51,512 bases of DNA from a virus. Lineage: Duplodnaviria > Caudoviricetes. The position numbers were made by a program, and so were the translations under genes. Every line of letters begins with the position of its first letter. Within the stretch, counting starts at the first letter, position 1. The notes beneath the pieces are model-generated. The model was not told where the DNA came from. It worked only from the letters and a program-made list of their open reading frames with translations, and ran no database searches. Below are positions 15,961 to 24,160 of the stretch, piece by piece. The stretch spans positions 1-51,512 of the IMG/VR virus record IMGVR_UViG_3300006918_000003, one strand, 5' to 3'.

Positions 15961-16691
15961 TACAATGTGATGCCAAAGGATTAGAAATTTATTGTGGAGC
16001 ATACTTAAGTCAAGATAAAGTATTGATGCAGGAGCTAATAGCTGGACTTGACATTCATGGGATTAACCAAAGAGAGATATTAAATCTTGGTAGCCATGAG
16101 GAAGGACGCCTTATAGCAAAGATATTTATCTTTAGACTTATGTATGGTGGTAGTGCATATTCATACGCACATGATTCTGACTTTATGGGGGTGTCCACTT
16201 CAGAGAAATTCTGGCAAAAGATCATAGATAATTTCTATGAGAAGTACAAAGGATTTAGAGATTGGCATACTCAAATACTACGACAAGCGACACAGCAAGG
16301 TTATCTTATTATGCCTACTGGTAGAAGATATAACTTTAGCCTGAAGCGTAATTTTCGTGGTGAATTAGAGGCTCCTCAGACTATCATTAAGAACTATCCA
16401 GTTCAAGGATTAGGGGCTGATGTAATGTCCGTAGCAAGGGTCTCATGTAATAGGAGATGGAGAAATCAAGGCGTTAATGGTATTCTTATTAATACAGTTC
16501 ATGATAGTATTGTGGGGGACATTCAGCAGACTGAGGTTGAAAAAGCCGCATTACTTTTTCATGGCGTCTTTGATTCTCTGCCTACTAACTTCGAGCGTGT
16601 GTTTGGGGTGGAATTCAATCTGCCACTAAGATGTGAAGTAAAGGTTGGGCCAAATATGATGGAGATGGAAGAATATAAATTAGCTGCATAA
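15951..16691 (+). CDS. Family A DNA polymerase, C-terminal catalytic part
   Basis: Motif A DAKGLE, motif B RLIAKIFIFRLMYG, NYPVQG, motif C VHDS; GTG start with TAAAGGA upstream. Confidence 0.92.
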   Translation: MPIIQCDAKGLEIYCGAYLSQDKVLMQELIAGLDIHGINQREILNLGSHEEGRLIAKIFIFRLMYGGSAYSYAHDSDFMGVSTSEKFWQKIIDNFYEKYKGFRDWHTQILRQATQQGYLIMPTGRRYNFSLKRNFRGELEAPQTIIKNYPVQGLGADVMSVARVSCNRRWRNQGVNGILINTVHDSIVGDIQQTEVEKAALLFHGVFDSLPTNFERVFGVEFNLPLRCEVKVGPNMMEMEEYKLAA

Positions 16692-16704
16692 ATTATAATT
16701 ATAA

Positions 16705-17061
16705 ATGAAAAATATTAATTTCGCTTTTAAACAAGACGGTGGCTTAACTTTAGAATGGCAACAAGATGGAAGTAGAGTTGGATACATTCGTCTACATAAG
16801 GGAGAAGCACCCGGCCCTGTTACCCATTCACTAGTTGTAGAATTATATTCAGATAAAACATTTGAATTTAAAATGATGAAGAAGGAGTATGAGCATTCTG
16901 AGCCATTCCGTGAAAAACTGATGGACATCACACGATGGTTGCGGGAGCAAGGATATACAGGAGGAGATTGGTATCGGTTCAACGAAGAACGATTAAAGAA
17001 AGTAAAGATACCAGAGAATTACCTCACGACGAGTGTAGCTAATGAAGATACCCCTAAGTGA
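16705..17061 (+). CDS. Hypothetical protein
   Basis: 118-aa ORF. Confidence 0.65.
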   Translation: MKNINFAFKQDGGLTLEWQQDGSRVGYIRLHKGEAPGPVTHSLVVELYSDKTFEFKMMKKEYEHSEPFREKLMDITRWLREQGYTGGDWYRFNEERLKKVKIPENYLTTSVANEDTPK

Positions 17062-17542
17062 ATATGAGCATATTCATAATGAAATAAAAGAAGGTAAAAC
17101 ATATAAAGAAATTGCAGATAGATATAGTGTATCTGCTGAGAGGATTAGGCAGATAGGTGTGCAAACTAGGGTAAGTCATAGTGGACATGACGCTCGACGT
17201 AGAAGTAAATATAATGAAATTCTAAGGAACATAAACGAAGAGAGTAAGGAATTATTTTATCATGCTGGATATGATCCTTATGATATTTTAGAGGAATGTT
17301 TAATCCTCTACGATGTGAAGAGACGTTATTTCAGGGCATCACAAACAAAGTTTGATGTAGATTTCACAGATATTATCTGGCATAGGTTTTGTCCTTTTTC
17401 CGGAGAAGAGATGGATTACTTTGCAGAGCGTTCTTCTCCCACTGCCCCCATTATTTCTGTCATTGATAAAACAGGAGGATATGTGAAAGAAAATGTACAT
17501 ACTAAGATAAAATTTATGAAATCAAGTTATTATGTGGTATAA
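17042..17542 (+). CDS. HTH protein fused to a degenerate HNH-like domain
   Basis: GKTYKEIADRYSVSAERIRQI (sigma region 4-like HTH); FDVDF...CPFSG...IISVIDKTGGYVKENV. Confidence 0.65.
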   Translation: MKIPLSEYEHIHNEIKEGKTYKEIADRYSVSAERIRQIGVQTRVSHSGHDARRRSKYNEILRNINEESKELFYHAGYDPYDILEECLILYDVKRRYFRASQTKFDVDFTDIIWHRFCPFSGEEMDYFAERSSPTAPIISVIDKTGGYVKENVHTKIKFMKSSYYVV

Positions 17543-17543
17543 T
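17515..17543 (+). promoter_or_regulatory. Extended -10 sigma70-type promoter for the SSB/nuclease/RNR block
   Basis: TGTGGTATAAT (TG-n-TATAAT, -10 at 17538-43); weak -35. Confidence 0.7.
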
Positions 17544-17564
17544 ATATGTATAAGGAGATAAATA

Positions 17565-18098
17565 ATGAATATCAATGGTAAAGTTATAGAAATTGCTCAT
17601 GACCAGACTATCGCTAAGAATGGTGGTGGTTCTTATAGGGGCACTCGAATCACATATCGTGACGCAGATGGCGCATTGAAAGAAAAAGCCATTCATGTTA
17701 ATGCTCTTAAGTTTAATCCCGTTCTTAATAATCAACTAAAAGAGATTAAGAATGGAGATGACATTACAATTGTGATGGAAAAGGAAGGAGAGTTTTGGAA
17801 TGTTAAATCAGTTCATAAGGGCGGTATGGAACCTGCTCCAGTTCAAAATGGAAATGGTAAAGCTGCAAACGCTTCTCCTCGTAGCACCTATGAAACACCA
17901 GAAGAACGAGCAAAGAAACAAGTCTTAATTGTACGACAATCTTCTGTAACAAGTGCTATTGCTTTCTCAGCCACTCAGAAAACACCACTTAATATTGATG
18001 ATGTTCTAGGTATAGCTGAGAGAATTAGTGCTTTTGTATTTGACACTGAGTTCGATGATGGTTCACTTGAAACAATGCCAAATGACCCTATTGATTAA
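17565..18098 (+). CDS. Putative single-stranded DNA-binding protein
   Basis: OB-fold-like beta-rich N-terminus, IVRQSS motif, acidic C-terminal tail; lies between polymerase and exonuclease; strong RBS. Confidence 0.6.
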   Translation: MNINGKVIEIAHDQTIAKNGGGSYRGTRITYRDADGALKEKAIHVNALKFNPVLNNQLKEIKNGDDITIVMEKEGEFWNVKSVHKGGMEPAPVQNGNGKAANASPRSTYETPEERAKKQVLIVRQSSVTSAIAFSATQKTPLNIDDVLGIAERISAFVFDTEFDDGSLETMPNDPID

Positions 18099-18119
18099 TT
18101 ATTAATAAGGAGGGAAGAC

Positions 18120-18812
18120 ATGACAACTGCTCTTATTGATGGTGATCTGGTTGCCTATATTAGTGCTGCGTCATGTACAGAAGACGACCCACAGCACATT
18201 GCTTTAATCAGGGTAGAGGATAGATTAAGAAAAATAATTGATTATGTAAAGTGTACTTCCTACAGAATCTTCGTATCAGGTGGGAATAACTTTAGATATG
18301 AACTCTATCCTGATTATAAGGCTAATCGGACTTCTCCTGATCCCAAGCATAGACAAGCCTGTCATCAGTTTATTATTGATGAATGGAAGGGTGAGGAGAC
18401 AGATGGATTTGAAGCTGACGATGCTTTGGGGTGCTATCAAACAGATGATACCATTATCTGTTCTTTAGATAAAGACCTTCGGATGATTCCCGGAAAACAC
18501 TTCTCATGGGAAATAACCAGAAAGGGAGCTATTATTAGAGAGCCAGAATTTGCAGAAGTAGATTATATGACTGGAATAAAACATTTCTACAAGCAAATGA
18601 TAATTGGTGATACATCAGACAATATCTTCGGTATAGATGGGCTTGGTAAGGCTAAAGCCGCAAAACTGATTGATCCACTATCCACTGAGAAAGATATGTA
18701 TGATTTGGTAGCATCCCTTTACAATGATGAAGCACGTTTTACAATGAATGCGGATTGTCTCTGGATTTGGAGAATGTTAGGAATCACTTATTCATTGAGG
18801 GGGCTATGTTGA
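18120..18812 (+). CDS. 5'-3' exonuclease (T7 gp6-like flap nuclease)
   Basis: LIDGD, YKANR, EADD, DKDL and GDTSDNIFGIDGLG. Confidence 0.92.
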   Translation: MTTALIDGDLVAYISAASCTEDDPQHIALIRVEDRLRKIIDYVKCTSYRIFVSGGNNFRYELYPDYKANRTSPDPKHRQACHQFIIDEWKGEETDGFEADDALGCYQTDDTIICSLDKDLRMIPGKHFSWEITRKGAIIREPEFAEVDYMTGIKHFYKQMIIGDTSDNIFGIDGLGKAKAAKLIDPLSTEKDMYDLVASLYNDEARFTMNADCLWIWRMLGITYSLRGLC

Positions 18813-18868
18813 GTTTTTTAGCTGGATTTCTTCTTGGTATTGCAGTTGGATTAATAGCCAATCAATAA
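18806..18868 (+). CDS. 20-aa hydrophobic peptide (not in ORF track)
   Basis: GAGGGG RBS; MLSFLAGFLLGIAVGLIANQ with tandem GxxxG. Confidence 0.5.
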   Translation: MLSFLAGFLLGIAVGLIANQ

Positions 18869-18908
18869 TTCAAATTAATGACTTGGACTGAAGTGGATTA
18901 AATAAAAA

Positions 18909-19523
18909 ATAAATATTCTAATTGCTTGTGAAGAATCTGGAACAGTTAGAGAGGCATTCCGAAAAAAAGGACATAATACCATTAGTTGTGATTTATATCC
19001 ATCACTAATTAATGGCCCTCATTATCAAGGGAATGTATTAGATATTATAAATGATGGATGGGATTTAATGATTGCCCATCCTCCATGCACTTTTTTAGCC
19101 CGCTCAGCAGCTAGGTGGATTTACGATGATAGATACCCTAATAGAGTTCAAGATCAAAACAAAGCTATTGAGTTCGTTATAAAGTTATATGAATCTAGTA
19201 TTCCTATGGTGGTTATTGAGAATCCAATAGGAATCCTTTCAACTAAGTGGAAAAAACCAGATCAAATAATACACCCTTGGATGTTTGGAGATGCTGCAAG
19301 TAAGGCAACTTGTTTATGGTTAAAAAACTTACCTAAACTAAATCCTACTAGTATAGTTTCCCCTGAGATTCATACTACGAAGTTAGGGAAAAAATATGAT
19401 AAATGGTGGTTTGATACTTGTAGAATTCAAAATCTTGAGGAAAGAAGAAGGGTTCGTAGTAAAACATTTGATGGGATTGCCTATGCAATGGCAGAGCAAT
19501 GGGGTGGACTGAGGAACGATTAA
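18909..19523 (+). CDS. Putative C5 DNA cytosine methyltransferase-like protein; non-canonical ATA start or pseudogene
   Basis: Frame is open from ATA 18909: (I)NILIACEESGTVREAF...SCDL...DLMIAHPPCT...IENP...KATCLWL...RSKTFDGIAYAMAEQW. In-frame TAA at 18903. Confidence 0.7.
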   Translation: MNILIACEESGTVREAFRKKGHNTISCDLYPSLINGPHYQGNVLDIINDGWDLMIAHPPCTFLARSAARWIYDDRYPNRVQDQNKAIEFVIKLYESSIPMVVIENPIGILSTKWKKPDQIIHPWMFGDAASKATCLWLKNLPKLNPTSIVSPEIHTTKLGKKYDKWWFDTCRIQNLEERRRVRSKTFDGIAYAMAEQWGGLRND

Positions 19524-19852
19524 GAAGTTTTATTATCAGCACGATTCGATCTGGGATGAGGAGATACCCTCCTAAATATCAATCACTAGATGACGCAAAG
19601 GTAGGAAAGCGTGTAAATCCTAAATCAGGTCGATCTGCTGTTTTTTATAAGTGCAACGGTTGCGGCGAAGACTTCGTAAAGAAAGATGTACAGGTAGATC
19701 ATATTGATCCTGTCGTTGATCCTAAGTTAGGCTTTCAAGGATGGGATGAATATATCAAAAGAATGTTCTGCCCTGCATCGAATTTACAAGTGCTTTGCCG
19801 CACTTGCCATTCTAAGAAAACAACAATTGAACGTGCTGCAAGGAAGAAATGA
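19499..19852 (+). CDS. HNH endonuclease
   Basis: CNGC...VDHIDPV...NLQVLCRTCHSKKT. Confidence 0.85.
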   Translation: MGWTEERLRSFIISTIRSGMRRYPPKYQSLDDAKVGKRVNPKSGRSAVFYKCNGCGEDFVKKDVQVDHIDPVVDPKLGFQGWDEYIKRMFCPASNLQVLCRTCHSKKTTIERAARKK

Positions 19853-20244
19853 AAACAATTATTGCAGGTAGTCGATTAGCAAATAAGGGGCATACTATTA
19901 GGGGAATTCAACTTTGTCCTTGGAATATTACCCATGTTGTCTCTGGATTTGCAAAAGGCCCTGATACATTTGGACTTGAATGGGCTAAAGAAACTGGTCT
20001 TCCTAGATCAATATATCCAGCCGATTGGAATCAATATGGTAGGGCTGCCGGACATATTCGTAATCGGATTATGGCTGAGAATGCAGAAGCTCTAGTTGCT
20101 ATATGGGATGGTAAAAGTGCTGGAACTAAGGGAATGATATTTGAGGCTGAGAAAAGAGGGTTGAAAATCTTTATTTATAACTATAAGGTAAAGGTCGGTC
20201 TTGTAAGTAAGGAGCAGGAGTCCAATGAAAACACTCCTTCTTGA
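19849..20244 (+). CDS. SLOG-family protein (YspA/DUF2493-like)
   Basis: IIAGSR, VVSGFAKGPD, ADWNQYGRAAGHIRNRIM and WDGKSAGT. Confidence 0.85.
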   Translation: MKTIIAGSRLANKGHTIRGIQLCPWNITHVVSGFAKGPDTFGLEWAKETGLPRSIYPADWNQYGRAAGHIRNRIMAENAEALVAIWDGKSAGTKGMIFEAEKRGLKIFIYNYKVKVGLVSKEQESNENTPS

Positions 20245-20965
20245 TATTGAAACAGCCCCTAATACAGCATATGTATGGGGTTTGTTTAAAGAGACAATAC
20301 CTCTTCAACGACTTATAGAAAGCCGATACATTCTATGTTGGGCTGCTAAGTGGTTAGGAGAGCAAGAAGTGTTCTTCGATAGTATTCAAGAAGACAAAGA
20401 CCCACGAAGGATGTTATCAACTATCCATGCCTTATTGGATGAGTCGGATACAGTTATACACTATAATGGGACTAGCTTTGATATACCAACACTCAATAAA
20501 GAGTTCTTGACAAGTGGGTTTGATCCACCTTCCCCATACAAGCAGATAGATTTACTTAGGGTAGTAAGACAGCAATTTAAGTTTACATCTAATAAATTAG
20601 ACCACGTATCTAAAGAGCTTGAGTTAACTAATAAGATAGATCATATTGGGTTTGAGCTTTGGGTTCGCTGTATGAATGGCGACCCAGAAGCATGGCGAAT
20701 GATGAAGGATTACAATATTGGTGATTTATATCCATTAGAGGAATTGTACTACAAAATCCGGCCTTGGATTAAGAATCATCCGAACTATTCTCTTTTTTCT
20801 AATAGTGGCATTGTTTGCCATAATTGTGGCAGTAAGCATTGGCATAGCCGGGGAACGCATAGGACTCAAGCCGCTGTTTACCAGAGATACCAATGTCAAG
20901 ACTGTGGGACATGGTTTAGAGGAATTAAGAATGAAGGAACCCGGCAAGTTGCTTCAGTGGGATGA
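20225..20965 (+). CDS. DEDD/RNase H-like 3'-5' exonuclease with C-terminal zinc ribbon
   Basis: LDIET, HYNGTSFD, KLD, YNIGD; CHNC...CQDC. Confidence 0.82.
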   Translation: MKTLLLDIETAPNTAYVWGLFKETIPLQRLIESRYILCWAAKWLGEQEVFFDSIQEDKDPRRMLSTIHALLDESDTVIHYNGTSFDIPTLNKEFLTSGFDPPSPYKQIDLLRVVRQQFKFTSNKLDHVSKELELTNKIDHIGFELWVRCMNGDPEAWRMMKDYNIGDLYPLEELYYKIRPWIKNHPNYSLFSNSGIVCHNCGSKHWHSRGTHRTQAAVYQRYQCQDCGTWFRGIKNEGTRQVASVG

Positions 20966-21176
20966 TCTAACCCTACCCCCTATAAATTTATGGAATGCAC
21001 CAATGCTAACGTCAGCGGAAGTTAGAGAGAAATTAAAAAAATTACCAGAGATTGATCTTCTGGAAATACTAGAAATTACATCAGAAGAATTGGTAGATAG
21101 GTTTGATGATAAGATAGAAGAGAAAGAAGAATATTTTATCTCAGACCTAGATGAGGAGACATGGGAAGATGACTAA
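20931..21176 (+). CDS. Small acidic helical protein
   Basis: ATG 20931 with GAGGA RBS (alternative ATG 21003); LLEILEITSEELVDRF. Confidence 0.6.
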   Translation: MKEPGKLLQWDDLTLPPINLWNAPMLTSAEVREKLKKLPEIDLLEILEITSEELVDRFDDKIEEKEEYFISDLDEETWEDD

Positions 21177-21360
21177 ATTTAGAGTTATAAAAAGATTAGA
21201 CCCTTATGCTGATTACGATAGTCAGTCAGATTTAATTCTTGAATTTCAAAATAATGAAATGCAATGGGAGCATATTTGTGTCTTTGAAACCAAGAAACAA
21301 GCAAAAGAATTTGCTGAGAAGTTTGCTGCGGGGTATGAAGAGGAGATTTTCTCTATATGA
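21169..21360 (+). CDS. Hypothetical protein
   Basis: ATG 21169 overlaps the upstream stop; coupled to the RNR gene. Confidence 0.55.
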   Translation: MTKFRVIKRLDPYADYDSQSDLILEFQNNEMQWEHICVFETKKQAKEFAEKFAAGYEEEIFSI

Positions 21361-23306
21361 GTCTCCCGACAGCATATCAAGACATTATCCATTTATCCCG
21401 CTATGCGAGGTATTTGGATTATGAACAACGTAGAGAGACATGGGAAGAAACAGTAGATAGATTCATGGGGTATATGTCCTATAGATTGGATAACATCCCC
21501 AATTTGGACTACGGCTTTCTAAGTGAAGTACGCAGTGCAATATTAAACTTAGAAGTTATGCCTTCCATGCGATTACTAATGACTTCGGGAGAGGCTGTTG
21601 AAAAAGATAATATTTGTGCTTACAATTGTGCTTATGTGGCTATTAATAACAAAAGGGCATTCAGTGAAGCACTTTATATTCTGCTAAATGGAACCGGCGT
21701 TGGTTTCTCTTGTGAACGTCAGGAGGTCGCAAAGCTTCCAGCAATTCCTAGTGAACTAAAAGAAACAGGAGATGTAATTGTTGTTGCTGACAGTAAGCTC
21801 GGATGGGCAAAAGCATACAAGAAGTTGTTGTCATCATTGTGGGAAGGTGATCTTCCGTCATTCGACTTTAGTAAAGTACGACCAGCGGGGAGTCGTCTCA
21901 AAACTTTTGGAGGAAGGGCGTCAGGGCCACAGCCTTTGCTCAATCTTTTCCTCTTCACCATTGACATCTTCAAGAAGGCAGCGGGAAGAAAGCTTACAAG
22001 TATAGAAGTACATGATATTATCTGCATGATTGCAGAGATAGTAGTGGTGGGTGGAGTTCGTCGTAGTGCCTTGATTAGTCTCTCTAACCTAACTGATCGC
22101 AGAATGCGTGAAGCCAAGATAGGGGAATGGTGGAGGGATAATAAGCAACGGGCTTTAGCCAATAACAGTGTATGTTATACGGAGAAGCCGGATGTTGAAA
22201 CTTTCATGGAAGAGTGGGTCTCTCTCATCAAATCCAAATCTGGTGAGCGAGGAATTTTTAATAGGGTTGCTGCACAAAATCAAGCCGCTAAGTGGGAAAG
22301 ACGTGATAGAAATCTCAGTTACGGGTGCAACCCATGCTCAGAAATTATCCTCCGCGATAAGCAGTTCTGTAACCTTACAGAAGTTGTTGTCAGAAAAGAA
22401 GATAGTTTTGACGACCTAAAACGTAAGATTAAGATTGCTACCATTATTGGGACATATCAATCTACTCTAACTGACTTCCAATTCCTTAGTGAAGAATGGA
22501 AGAAGAATACAGAAGAGGAAAGATTGTTAGGTGTTTCTCTAACTGGTATTATGGATCATCCATTTCTTAATGGATCAATAGAAAGTATTAAGTATCCAAA
22601 TAGGGATTATCCTATCTACCTAGATCAAGCCCTAGAAGAACTAAGACAACATGCAAGGGAAGTAAATGAGGAATTTGCTAACAAGCTTGGGGTTTCTCCC
22701 TCTGTGGCTATTACTTGTACAAAACCAAGTGGAACAGTCAGTCAGTTGGTGGATAGTGCAAGTGGGATTCATGCTCGGCATAATCCTTATTATATTCGAC
22801 GCATTAGAATGGATAAGAAAGACCCGATCTACCACTACCTCAAAGACAAAGGATTGTGGGTAGAGGATGATGTAAGGGTTCCTGATTCTACTGCGGTATT
22901 TGCCTTCCCCATGAAGGCCCCTGATGGAGCAGTTTGTAGGAATGATATGACAGCCATTGAGCAATTGAATCTATGGCTAATCTATCAAAGGCATTGGTGT
23001 GAACATAAGCCTTCTGTAACTGTTTCTGTTAAGGATCATGAGTGGCCTGAAGTTGGTGCATGGGTATGGAAACATTTTGATGAAGTATCAGGAATTTCAT
23101 TCCTTCCCTTCTCAGATCATACATATCAACAGGCTCCATATGAGGATTTAACTAAGGAACAATATGAGGAGTTACTAAATAAATACCCTGCTACTATTGA
23201 CTGGAGTGGATTACGTGAAACAACCGATAACACAGAAGGAAGTCAAACCCTTGCCTGTGTCGGCCCCGATGGGTGTGAAATCAATTACGTGCCTACAGGT
23301 CTGTAA
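21357..23306 (+). CDS. nrdJ: Class II adenosylcobalamin-dependent ribonucleotide reductase (monomeric type)
   Basis: YNCAY, GTGVGFS, LKTFGGRASGP, VVGGVRRSA, NPCSEI, KPSGT, C-terminal ACVGPDGC; no beta-subunit gene in the window. Confidence 0.9.
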   Translation: MSLPTAYQDIIHLSRYARYLDYEQRRETWEETVDRFMGYMSYRLDNIPNLDYGFLSEVRSAILNLEVMPSMRLLMTSGEAVEKDNICAYNCAYVAINNKRAFSEALYILLNGTGVGFSCERQEVAKLPAIPSELKETGDVIVVADSKLGWAKAYKKLLSSLWEGDLPSFDFSKVRPAGSRLKTFGGRASGPQPLLNLFLFTIDIFKKAAGRKLTSIEVHDIICMIAEIVVVGGVRRSALISLSNLTDRRMREAKIGEWWRDNKQRALANNSVCYTEKPDVETFMEEWVSLIKSKSGERGIFNRVAAQNQAAKWERRDRNLSYGCNPCSEIILRDKQFCNLTEVVVRKEDSFDDLKRKIKIATIIGTYQSTLTDFQFLSEEWKKNTEEERLLGVSLTGIMDHPFLNGSIESIKYPNRDYPIYLDQALEELRQHAREVNEEFANKLGVSPSVAITCTKPSGTVSQLVDSASGIHARHNPYYIRRIRMDKKDPIYHYLKDKGLWVEDDVRVPDSTAVFAFPMKAPDGAVCRNDMTAIEQLNLWLIYQRHWCEHKPSVTVSVKDHEWPEVGAWVWKHFDEVSGISFLPFSDHTYQQAPYEDLTKEQYEELLNKYPATIDWSGLRETTDNTEGSQTLACVGPDGCEINYVPTGL

Positions 23307-23397
23307 GTTAGGACGACTCCCAGATGGTACAGATTATTGTATGGGATGTAGTAGGACAATGAAGGAGATAAGACAAAAATATGAATCAAGAACTTAA
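23269..23397 (+). CDS. DUF1289-like small Cys protein
   Basis: CLQVC...YCMGCSRTMKEI; overlaps the RNR 3' end. Confidence 0.6.
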   Translation: MGVKSITCLQVCKLGRLPDGTDYCMGCSRTMKEIRQKYESRT

Positions 23398-23578
23398 AAC
23401 AATATTGGATAACATAGTGGCTGATCTAAGAAGTCAAGGCCATGATCCATTAAATAGGCCAATTGTTTTCATGTGGAGTTATCCAGATGAAGACCTTAAA
23501 TATACATTGGTTATTCAGGAGAAAGAAGAAGAAGAGAATGAGGAAGACCACGGATACGTTGATGAGGCTTTACATTAA
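23381..23578 (+). CDS. Hypothetical acidic protein
   Basis: 65-aa ORF; AAGGAG upstream. Confidence 0.6.
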   Translation: MNQELKTILDNIVADLRSQGHDPLNRPIVFMWSYPDEDLKYTLVIQEKEEEENEEDHGYVDEALH

Positions 23579-23850
23579 TGGAACCAAAGGAAGTTAGTGT
23601 ACTTGAAGAAGCACAAGCTATTATTTATGGGGATCGTGAGCAAACATATGGCTCTCCTGCTAAGAACTTGAACCGTATTGCAAACCTATGGAATGCATAT
23701 ATAGGAACGACTGGTCTTACTGCTGTTGATGTTTGTAATATGATGTGTCTTTTAAAGATAGCGAGACTAGTCAACCAACCAGATCATCGGGATAGTATTG
23801 TGGATGTGGCTGGCTATGCAGCATTAATGTATAGGATACAGGAAGAGTAA
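23578..23850 (+). CDS. DUF6378-like all-helical protein (nucleotide-pyrophosphohydrolase-like)
   Basis: GDREQTYGSP, RIANLW, LLKIAR and HRDSIVDVAGYAAL. Confidence 0.75.
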   Translation: MEPKEVSVLEEAQAIIYGDREQTYGSPAKNLNRIANLWNAYIGTTGLTAVDVCNMMCLLKIARLVNQPDHRDSIVDVAGYAALMYRIQEE

Positions 23851-23851
23851 C

Positions 23852-23887
23852 AAAAAGAAGCCCCTCTTTAATCGGAGGGGCTTTTTA
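23852..23887. terminator. Bidirectional intrinsic terminator between the convergent arms
   Basis: AAAAAG-AAGCCCCTCT-TTAATC-GGAGGGGCTT-TTT, with A-tract and T-tract flanks. Confidence 0.92.
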
Positions 23888-23890
23888 CGT

Positions 23891-24160
23891 TTAATGCTTT
23901 GGATGCTCTCGCAGGTAATCATCAATCTTGTTTATCTTCTCGCATAAGGGGTGTATTGTCTCTTTCAAATCCTGTCGAATAGATGAAACAAAATCTTTAA
24001 AGTCCTCTTTCTTTGTGTAGTTCTCCGCTAAGTTAAGTTTCAGTTGTTCCACCTGTTCCTTTACCTCCTTGTGCTGATCCCATATTAATTTAACAAACCA
24101 TAATACAATCCCAAATATGGCATAGACTACATATCCAATTACTTCTAAAAATTCCCCCAT
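23891..24160 (-). CDS. Membrane-anchored coiled-coil protein, holin candidate
   Basis: N-terminal TM helix followed by a charged heptad region. Confidence 0.5.
   Translation of the reverse strand: MGEFLEVIGYVVYAIFGIVLWFVKLIWDQHKEVKEQVEQLKLNLAENYTKKEDFKDFVSSIRQDLKETIHPLCEKINKIDDYLREHPKH

Noticed and set aside
19068-19523. ORF-track start of the methyltransferase-like gene
   Set aside because: Would omit the conserved N-terminal motif encoded in frame from 18909.
20805-20930. Apparent hydrophobic N-terminus MALFAIIVAVSIGIAG
   Set aside because: An alternate-frame shadow of the exonuclease zinc ribbon; better starts exist at 20931 and 21003.
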